This document shows positions 53,585 through 64,000 of a DNA stretch of 64,000 bases, one piece after another; the first letter of the stretch is position 1; every line of letters begins with the position of its first letter. The notes beneath the pieces were generated by a model. The model made no database searches and was not told the origin of the DNA. It saw nothing but the letters and a program-made list of their open reading frames with translations. Source of the DNA: Octopus sinensis (Eukaryota); NCBI RefSeq assembly GCF_006345805.1, contig NC_043001.1, forward strand, positions 71,734,001 to 71,798,000, read 5' to 3'. The translations under genes were made by a program, and so were the position numbers.

Positions 53585-54057
53585 TATATATATTCCACGA
53601 AAATCTTGCCGATATACGAATTTCTTAGTCTTATAGTTAAAATCATGAAACAATGTATTAGTATTTTTGGTCGAGAAAAAGATCCCAAGTTGTGGAATGT
53701 GGATTGCCCCTCTTATTTCAGTTTCACTGAAGAGAGTGAAAATATACCGAGGGTTTACGAAATTTAACAGGCTAAGATCTCATAGGCCTATGGGTCATAA
53801 AAATATGAACGGACAATGTTTAAATAGAACAATATAGATGGCCAGAGATAAAAGATATGAGGAAGACAGAGAGAAAAAGATAGGGAGGAAAGGAAAAAAG
53901 AGGCAAGATTGGAGTCAAGATAAATGTCCTGCTGCTAAAAGAGACATTACCAATAACCTATGGACAATCAAATGGTACATTTATACCACATACATGCACT
54001 CATGTTAATCACACTTACATGCATTTATGCACACACGCATATATAAACATATGTATA

Positions 54058-54815
54058 AACGGATGCAGGTTAAATCATCTCAAATTCGCTGATGATATTG
54101 TACTCATTTCTAGGAGCATTAAAAAATTAATAGAAATTCTCAGAGAACTAAAAGAAGAAAGTAAAAAATGTGGACTCAGAATTAACATAAATAAAACGGA
54201 GATAATCTCCAACTATCTAATCACAGCTGGAAATGATAATGCAATAGTCGAACACGGAACCAATTCACCAATCTTGGACAAATAATATGCATAAAGGATA
54301 AAAGTCAGACCAAAGAAATTCAACGACTAATACAAATAGGATGGGCAGCCGTTGGTACATCGAGCCATATCATGAACAGTAATTTGCCTATGAGTCTAAA
54401 AATAAAGGTTTTCAGCCAGTGTGTGCTAACTATCAGTGCGCATGTACCAGAAACATGGACTACCAACAAGAGCATTGAAAATAAAATGAGAGCCCCTCAA
54501 AGGGCCATTGTCAGGAGAATGCTGAAGATTAACAAAGTGGATAAGTTGAGAAACAACAGGATAAGATTGGCAACAGGTTTAACGGATATTATCAGGAAAA
54601 TGCAAATTCTGAAGTTGTCTTTTGCAGAAATGGATTTAGAAATGTATTAAGAATAAAAATACAATAGATGGAATGCCAAATTGACAGTGTGGACACCACG
54701 TCCAAAAGCAGGAGGGTGGTGGAGACCATGTAGAAGGTGGAATGAAGATTTAAGAAGAAATTATTCGGCACCCGAAAATGGATGAGGAAAACAGCAGTGA
54801 CCTGAACATGTACAC
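54058..54815 (+). mobile_element. RTE-clade LINE RT/3' fragment
   Basis: LNHLKFADDIVL, GLRININKT, IGWAA, KVFSQCVL, ETW, RAPQRA. Confidence 0.85.
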
Positions 54816-54818
54816 GGA

Positions 54819-54894
<76 letters not shown>

Positions 54895-54931
54895 GAGAGA
54901 GGGGGGATAGATAGATAGATAGATACATACA

Positions 54932-54963
<32 letters not shown>

Positions 54964-55158
54964 CATATATATATACATATATATATATTATATATATAAA
55001 TAATATATAAATATATGCATATATTTAAATATTATTTATATATATATATATGTATATATATATGTATATATATATATGTATATATATACATATATATATA
55101 TATATGTATGTATCTATCTATCTATCTATCCCCCCTCTCTCTCTCTCTATATATATAT

Positions 55159-55224
<66 letters not shown>

Positions 55225-55310
55225 TGTGTGTGTGTGTGTATAGAGAGAGAGAGGGGGGATAGATAGATAGATACATACATACATATATATATATACATAT
55301 ATATATATAC

Positions 55311-55341
<31 letters not shown>

Positions 55342-55386
55342 AATAATATATAAATATATGCATATATACATATAGGTACATACCTA

Positions 55387-55618
55387 TTTCTTTACTACCC
55401 ACAAGGGGCTAAACATAGAGGGGACAAACAAGTACAGACAAACGGATGAAGTCGATTACATCGACCCCAGTGCGTCACTGGTACTTAATTTATCGACCCC
55501 GAAAGGATGAAAGGCAAAGTCGACCTCGGCGGAAATTGAACTCAGAACGCAGCGGCGGACGAAATACCACTAAGCATTTCGCCCGGCGCGCTAACGTGTC
55601 TGCCAGCTCGCCGCCTTT
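55387..55618 (-). mobile_element. SINE family A, full length, 14-bp TSD
   Basis: TSD taggtacataccta at 55373-55386 and 55619-55632. Confidence 0.93.
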
Positions 55619-55749
55619 TAGGTACATACCTACATATATATGTATATGTACATGCATATATGTGTAGAGGAAATCAAAAAACGTCAACAATATGTGTGTG
55701 TATATATACAATATGTGTGTGTATATATACATATATATGTATGAATATT

Positions 55750-55780
<31 letters not shown>

Positions 55781-56465
55781 TACCAATCAATCGATTATTG
55801 AGTAATTTCAATACTAATCCATTAATACGACACGCACAAATATGTGCATATATGTATGTATGTGTGTATGTTTGTATGTAGGTAGGTAAGTAGGTAGGTA
55901 GGTAGGTAGGTAGGTAGGTAGTAGGTAGGTAGGTAGGTATTGATGTGTATATGTTCGTGGGTGTATGTATAAGTAATATAAATGGTTAAGTGTTCAGATT
56001 ATCCAATAATAGATTGATTGTTTGACCAAGTTATCGATTGATATCTCGATTAAATTATCAATAAATCTATTATTTCAAACATAAGGATACCTATCATTCA
56101 GTCTGGTGATTCTACGTCATAACAGTTTAAGATGTGGGTATATCGTCACCAACTGGTGCTTCTTTTACAAGATATGTGTGTTTTGCCGCCGCTTGTTTGT
56201 CTAAACATATAGCTGTGTATATACACATGTATAAATATATATATACATATATATGCGTGTGTGAGTGTGTGTGTGTGTATGTATATGTGTGTGTGTGCGT
56301 GTATGTGTGTATGTATGCATGTATGTATGTATGTATGTATGTATGTATACATATTATATACACATACAAATACATTAATAGATAGATATATACATAGATT
56401 GAGTCTTGTAAATACGCATATTATATATATATATATATAAATGTATATATATATATATGTATATA

Positions 56466-56510
<45 letters not shown>

Positions 56511-56644
56511 CATATATAATGCATGCATATATATATGCATGTATGTATAAGTATTTATGAATAGTCGTATCAATTATATGCATATTAATATACATACTTA
56601 TATAGACATAATTATACATACACATGCATAGACAGAGAGACAGG

Positions 56645-56698
<54 letters not shown>

Positions 56699-57187
56699 TA
56701 GATAGATAGATAGATTCAAGAATTATATACAATATATATGAATGTATATATGATGCACACATACGTATGTTGATATATATACAATACACACACATATATG
56801 TCTGTGTGTATGTGTGTGTATGTGTGTGTGCGTGTGTGTAGGTGTGTAGATGTGGGTGTGTGGGTTTGCGTATGTGTGTCCGTGTGGTTGTGCACGTGCT
56901 TTATACTTTTACTATTTTCAGTCATTAGACTAGGCTATCGCCTTCAATTCTTTTCTAAAGTATGTTCCGTTTCATGAATTATGAGTCTTTCAATAAGAAC
57001 TCACAGAAGGATAAGGTTAACGGGTATTTATCAAAACACTATGTGCTGACCTTAAGTAAAGCAGTGCTTAACTAAGTGCTTGCTAAAGAAAACGACTGTA
57101 CAGCTCATTTAAGGAACAATTATACCAACACATTAGCTTTTCCAAACACAGTCAAAACGTAAACATTACATCATTGTATATTTCTTC

Positions 57188-57343
57188 TGTCTTTACGTTC
57201 TGAGTTCAAATTCCGCCGAGGTCAACTTTCCCTTTCATCCTTTCGGGGTCGATAAGTTAAATACCAGTTGCGTACTAGTGCCAATTTAATCGACTGGCCT
57301 CCTCGCCAAAAATTTCGGGCCTTGTGCTTAGAGTAGAAAAGTA
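57188..57343 (+). mobile_element. SINE family A, 5'-truncated
   Basis: gttctgagttcaaattccgccgaggtc...ctttcatcctttcggggtcgata. Confidence 0.8.
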
Positions 57344-58457
57344 CTACATCGTTGTCGGAACAAATTTGGTAAAACAAGGATAAGAGTAAGGTTGTATGGC
57401 ATTTCTAGAGCAGACCCACTTTATGCAATAGTGATTTAAATTCCTTACATTTATTTGGAAGAGAATTAACACATCATAAAGCATTCGATACCACAAATGG
57501 TTAGAGATAAAAACCTGGCGTTGAAATGTAAAAACAATGTGATATTTTTGCTACTTCTTTTCGAGAGTACAGACGGAGTATAAGTGGTGTCGTGAATGAC
57601 ATAATGCGGCGACATCTCTTTTACACTAATAACTGCGTCAAGTAGGCTGAAAAACGCTGTGCCCAAAATTCTTGTTGACTTGAATGAAATCATGGCTCAG
57701 AAGTACCTATGAGCATGAAGACTCAAACTAAATTACTAAAAAGTTTTGTATCTAACACCACGAGGTACACATATCTTAGTACGTATTTACAGACCATTTG
57801 TTTTTGTATGTGTACGCACACATTGACATATAAATGTAAGATCTGTGGATCGAGGTGTATGAAGACGGTTAGCTTCAAGCAGTCCATAATAAATATGAAA
57901 CAACTTTCAGGGACAATATTGGTTTATTGATGCGGAGGGCTGTGAATTTTTTTCCTTATCGAAGTACGATAAGCTGAAAATATGTTCTTTTTGTATTCCA
58001 CGTTAGGCGACTAAGGTTGCCGGGTGTGCAAATAAGAATACAAGAGTTACGGAATGGAGTAGGTAAGACACGGGCTACATATATTTCATAGCGGGCGGAA
58101 CCTCAGAAGTGGTAAAAAACCAAGCGAGGTATATACCACCGACTATTCTACAGGACAAGGATATCTTGATTAAATTAAAGATTACATTGTCACAAGGATG
58201 TACATGTTGACGCATGGAAGATTCAGTCAGAATGTATAGAGAGCACAGTGTAAGAGGGGTATGTAACTATAGGGAGAAATAAGTATTTGAACAAGGGAAA
58301 TGGAAGAAAATATCAAGGAGTGAGAGGAAGGAGGAATGAAAGTAAGGTCAATTGACTGGTATTAAAACAATGGAGCTGTTTTGGCTGAGATACAGAATTT
58401 AGTAAGGGGGTTGATTTTCGAGAAAAATATCATTTGGCGGAAAGAGGGTAGGGAAAT

Positions 58458-58497
<40 letters not shown>

Positions 58498-58500
<3 letters not shown>

Positions 58501-59052
58501 CCCTGATGCAGTACCAGACTGAGGCTCTCATGGCTTCTGATCTTAACTGATTGGAAGTGTTATCATGTACATTGTTTTGTCTTGGTATAAAAGATGGGCT
58601 ACAGCAAATATTCTGCTCAATACCAAAGATTTGCTTGTCAGTTGTTTGACCTTAACCAGTTGAGCATGTCCCTTAGTGGCTGACGATATGTGCATCTCTG
58701 ATCACGAGCAGAAGTAGTGGGGGAGCATCATAGCCATGTGTTGAGAGGGATTCTTTGGGGTTTGAATAGTTCACCTCTGGAAACATGGGTGGTTCTTTCA
58801 ACATCCTTAAACAACCCTTATTCAGGGACCGTTTGAGCGGGATGGGCTACTCAACCTGAAGAAAATTCTAACTGGCCCCACCTGCAAGGTCATGTGCTGT
58901 TTATCTTAATATGAGATCACCATGTCGCGCACATATGGTTGTGATGCATGTGCCTGGTGTACCTTTATCAGACGGGTAGTCATGATGGGTATATTGGGCG
59001 TCGCATATTTTACCCCAGTGTCACTTTGATGGCATGAACTGCTCTCTCACTC
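58498..59052. mobile_element. ~550-bp non-coding element embedded in (AAT)n, copy 1
   Basis: Flanked by AAT arrays; colinear with 59131-59677. Confidence 0.85.
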
Positions 59053-59071
59053 AATAATAATAATAATAATA

Positions 59072-59130
<59 letters not shown>

Positions 59131-59133
<3 letters not shown>

Positions 59134-59677
59134 CAGTACCAAGCAGTGGCTCTCATGGCTTCTGATCTTAACTGATTGGAAGTGTTATCATGTACATTGT
59201 TTTGTCTTGGTATAAAAGATGGGCTACAGCAAATATTCTGCTCAATACCACAGATTTGCTTGTCAGTTGTTTGACTTTAACCAGTTGAGCATGTCTCTTA
59301 GTGGCTGACGATATGTGCATCTCTGATCACGAGCAGAAGTAGTGGGGAGCATCATAGCCATGTGTTGAGAGGGATCCTTTGGGGTTTGAATAATTCACCT
59401 CTGGAAACATGGGTGTTTCATTCAACATCCTTAAACAACCCTTATTCAGAGACCTTTTGAGCGGGATGGACTACTCAATCTGAAGAAAATTCTAACTGGG
59501 CCCCACCTGCAAGGTCATGTGCTGTTTATCTTGATATGAGATCACCATGTCGCGCACATATGGTTGTGATGCATGTGCCTGGTGTACCCTTATCAGACGG
59601 GTAGTTATGATGGGTATATTGGGCTTCGTATATTTTACCCCAGTGTCACTTTGATGGCATGAACTGCTCTCTCACTC
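59131..59677. mobile_element. ~550-bp non-coding element embedded in (AAT)n, copy 2
   Basis: Roughly 25 scattered differences from copy 1 (counted by eye). Confidence 0.85.
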
Positions 59678-59689
59678 AATAATAATATA

Positions 59690-59769
<80 letters not shown>

Positions 59770-59783
59770 GTAATAGCAACAAC

Positions 59784-59827
<44 letters not shown>

Positions 59828-59828
<1 letters not shown>

Positions 59829-60180
59829 TGATGTATCAATACCGGCAGATGACAACGTGTCTCTAAAAGAAATGGAGAAACTCTCAAAATACAAAGACCT
59901 GGAAATAGAGGTAACTAGAATGTGGAATCTGAAAACAGAAACAATTCCTATCATAGTAGGTGCATTAGGCATGATAAAAAATATTCAGACAAATACATAA
60001 CAAAAACACCAGGACTTACAAACAGAAAATTGCACTACTAGGCACTGCACACATCCTACGCAGAACACTTTCCATACAATAACCATCAGAGCATCACAAC
60101 AAATCACAGCACATACCCAAGGCACACAGAGCTGTGCTCGGTAGTGAAGTGAAAGCACGCTATAAAAATAAAACTACTGA
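59828..60180 (+). mobile_element. R4/Dong-like LINE 3' end (REL endonuclease tail + 3' UTR) inserted in (AAT)n
   Basis: IDVSIPADDNV..EKLSKYKDL..IPIIVGALG..ALLGTAHILRRTL*; AAT arrays on both flanks. Confidence 0.88.
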
Positions 60181-60192
60181 TTAATAATAATA

Positions 60193-60251
<59 letters not shown>

Positions 60252-60276
60252 TAATAATAATAATAATAATAACAAC

Positions 60277-60343
<67 letters not shown>

Positions 60344-61689
60344 GGGAATATTATTCCAAACTTACAGTGGAAAATTCAACTTAGAAATACTAAATCAAAT
60401 TTCACAAAATATAACATATATATATATATATAAATTAGAAAAAAACACCTTTTATCAATTCAACAATGAAAAAATTTAATTATACCATATAGAAAAAAAT
60501 TACATCCTAAAAAAAAAATTAAATATAAGATAAAAACATATACCAATGATTAAGTAATGTACAAAATAATAAATAAAACGTATATATTTGGTAAAATTTG
60601 TATGTATGTATACGCATGTATATTTGTATATGTGGGTGTGTGTACGTGTGCGTGTGTGTGTGTGTGTGTGTGCGTGCGTGTGTGTGTGTGTGTGTGTGTG
60701 TGCGTATGTGTGTGTGTGTGTGTGTGTATGTGTGTGGAAGAGTACAGAACAAGCAGTAATTAAACCTGGAAAATTACAAGAAGAAAGAAAACTTAAAATA
60801 TTACTGCTGAAGTTAGAATTTGCCAAATGAATTTCTGAAATTGTTCATCAAAAAGTGTATGTGAAATTTCTTTCTATTAAGCTAAAACATTTGTCTTTTT
60901 TTTAGTATTATATTGTTTTTTAATTTTATTTTCTTAACAAAATGCATTGTAGAAAAATTTTAAATCACTAGAATTGTGCTAAAATTAAACTCATGTGGAA
61001 TATATGTAATTCAGAAATAAGAGTAAAAAAAAATATAAACAAAATTCGAGGTAACAAAATAATTAATTTATTTAAAGTTTGCATTATTACATAATAATGT
61101 ATTTTGTATTTGCAGAGAAATATTTTTAAAAAATGGAAACTAATAAAGAAATTGGGTGCAAAACGTAGAAATGACTGTAGCTTTTTTTTGAAAAATTTTA
61201 ATTTTATAATGCATTGTCAATTTTGCTTAAATTGCTATTAAGTAATTCTTTAAATGTATGAAGCGCTAGGTTTGTAATATTAAATGTTTAATGTGTAAAC
61301 TTACAAGTGATTATTCTTTTCACTAAAACTGAAAATAAATAGCTTCTAACATATTTTAATTCAAACTTTTATGTAAAAATTTCAACGATTTAGATTTCTA
61401 GCTCCAGTAACAATATTTTTACTTCTTTTTCTTCTTGTACTGCATTTTTCCAGGTTCAATGCTTAAGAATATTCTAGCGTTCTGCGCCCACATTTTTCAT
61501 TCAAGTCCACATTTTTTTAGGCAATGCTTCTGTTACTATAATTAATTATATTTTATCTTTATATTTTTTATTGTAGTCATACTAAAAATAAGATTAAAAT
61601 GTTTTAGCTTAATACAAAGAAATTTTAAAAACAAAAATATTAACTTCAATTTTTTAAATTTTCAATAAAAAACAAAAATTATTTTTAAA

Positions 61690-62330
61690 AAAAGTATACT
61701 CACTATTTGATTAAAATTTTTACGAAATTATTTTGATCCAAAGTTTCCCAAACATCTGCAGCTTCATTTTTCTCAGCTTTTGAACGGCAGCTAGTCACAT
61801 ACCTGGTCAATATCAAACGCGTTTCTCCAATATATTGACAGTCAACATTTGCCTGCCATATTAAGAGCAGTAAAGGATTGTAATCATTGATAAATTTTTC
61901 ATCAGATGATTTTCTTTGAAGTTGATAAAGCTCTTTAACACCTTTTGCATTTCTTTTTGATTGAACAGTTTCAGCAACAGTGAAGAAATTGAGCATTCCT
62001 TCAGTTTTAGGAATGTCAAATCGGCATTTTTTCCCTTTCCATAAATTCTCCAAAAGGTTTTGCTGCATGAATGCATTTGAAAATTACTGACTAAATTGTA
62101 AAGATTAGGGCTTGATACTGAACATGGCAATCTGAAAATAATATTGTGTTCTATAAATTTTTGAATTATTTCTGGAGAATCTTTGTCATAAATAGATGCT
62201 TAATCCACCCAAATTTTCACACGAACATGACAAACTCCTCTGTGGTGATACCCTATTCCCCAAAAATAATGTGTGGTGTTGCCACAATTTGGATTGTTTT
62301 TGCCAAAAACACTTTATTCATTACAGTCTG
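61690..62330 (-). pseudogene. Helitron/Helentron Rep (HUH endonuclease) remnant
   Basis: THYFWGIGYHHRGVCHVRVKIW (HUH region), QMHSC, KCRFDIP, INDYNPLLLLIWQANVDCQYI, RYVTSCRSKAE (degenerate YxxxYxxK). Confidence 0.75.
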
Positions 62331-62560
62331 TAATCGGCGATAAAACTATAACTGCAAAAACATCATTTAAAACAGAAAAGGCTTGATTTCATAGTTTGAA
62401 GATATGCATTTCTCTAAACAAACTTTGAAGCGGCCACTGAGTTGGTATTTTAAAGAAAATTGAGGAAATTCCAAATGAAGAATAGCTGTGAAATCAGCTT
62501 AGAAGTTTGAGTAAATACCCTTAGAAAACAGGAAAAAAGTAATTGGCCTGCGAACCGCCT

Positions 62561-62629
62561 CAAAGGATCGAACCTTGTATCTTTCAAATTCCGGGTAAAT
62601 ACCCTGTACTATTGAGTTAAGTAACCCTC
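62561..62629 (-). other. tRNA-like fragment (tRNA pseudogene or SINE head)
   Basis: A-box-like TAACTCAATAG and B box GGTTCGATCC in a T-arm-like stem; no convincing anticodon arm. Confidence 0.35.
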
Positions 62630-63269
62630 GACCTCGCAGAGTAACTTTTATAACGCTAAATATTTTAAAATGACAAAAATATTTTGATTTAGAATGATCA
62701 CCTTTTTCGTCCCTCCAGGCAACAGAACTTTGTAGCTAATATTTTCTGATGAGGTTTTCGCCATAAGATTCCTTTCATAGAGCTCTTTCATTTAAAGACA
62801 ACTAGTGTAAAGTTTTCTTTTACAACAGCTTAAATGTTTTGATTTAAAGTAAATTTTGGGGGTTACTTACCATTTTTTACGTCACCTAAAGCCACACTAT
62901 TTTTTTTTTCGTAGCAAATATGTTTAAAGAAATTTTCACCTAAAGATTCTTCTCATTGAGTACATTCTTATAAGTCCAATTAATCTATACTTTTCTTTTA
63001 AAATAACTGCAATATTTCGATTCAAAGTCAAATTTTGGCCTTACTCTCCCATTTTTAACCTTACATTTTGACCTAACATTTTTTTCTTATGAGCAGATTT
63101 CAATTACTTTATTTTTAAATATAGCTTAGGACCGGACCACCATTGCGAAAGAGACCACATTCAATTTGGTTGAGGAGTGAATTAGCGATGAAGTCTAGAG
63201 TTGCCTGCGAGTGACTTAAATTTGACCTTATTCACCTACTACAGTGGGTGGATGATATGTGTATATCCA

Positions 63270-63342
<73 letters not shown>

Positions 63343-64000
63343 ATATATATAAAGGTGTGTTGTTTAGTTGTTAGGGTACTGAACTCACGATGACAAGATC
63401 GTTGTTTCAATTCCTGTAGCGGACGATTAATTGTGTTCTTAAGGAAAACACTCCATTTCAAGCTGTCCTGCAATCAAATCTACATCAGATACGTGGCACA
63501 CTGTGCGCCGGTAGAGGCTATGTCGATTTGATGAAGGGAATAAGCTAATGTACACCACAAACATTTGATCACTCTGCAAGTTGTTCAGCACTAAGATTTA
63601 ACAACCGCGAATATCGCTATTGATATCTATTATAGTAATGTTTCTAATAATCCTTGTGATTACCTTTATGGATATCTGTCCTAGCTAAGATTCTAATAAT
63701 AGTTGTTAATACAGGTGCTGATAGCTCTTCATAGCTATCTTTCTAATGAAGTATGATTCAGAATAAAATCTATTTACCGAATCCGTCCCAGTTGTTACAA
63801 ATCCAAACCGATAAACTTCAACATTCTTCTTGTACTTCTCTATATTCAATCCATATCCATCTTCGAAAATCTTAACGACTCTTTCAATCGTCCTCCATGT
63901 GTTTCAATCTATTCACAGTCCGCATGTCTCCTATGTGAAAAAAAAAACCATTAAAATATCTTGCTCGGCCGTGGTGGAGACATTTGTTTCTTGAGCAAGA

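Noticed and set aside
63400-63950. Possible decayed LINE on the minus strand
   Set aside because: Only vague similarity; no RT motif could be read with confidence.

Overview
AT-rich eukaryotic DNA saturated with repeats. The SINE families and the TA/TACA/GATA/AAT microsatellite load are most consistent with an octopus-like cephalopod genome (inference). No intact host gene could be supported; nearly all ORF-track entries are microsatellite translations or antisense frames of retroelements. Content: a near full-length decayed Tx1/L1-like LINE (24703-29930, minus) plus two partial relatives and an orphan ORF1; R4/Dong-type, RTE and CR1 LINE fragments; three tRNA-derived SINE families; mariner/Tc1, hAT and foldback MITEs; a non-autonomous Helitron and a Helitron/Helentron Rep remnant; a probable solo LTR; a ~2 kb near-identical tandem duplication; and a ~1.5 kb near-perfect palindrome in a Penelope-like (GIY-YIG) element. 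The most notable hidden layer is a set of minimal type-I hammerhead ribozyme motifs found by manual folding (6 distinct sequences, 7 loci, one with a compensatory U3-A8 core). Most sit 100-230 nt upstream of a (TA)n tract. Two further palindromic elements consist of two hammerhead 3' halves folded back at stem II. All alignments and folds were done by eye and coordinates of decayed elements are approximate.
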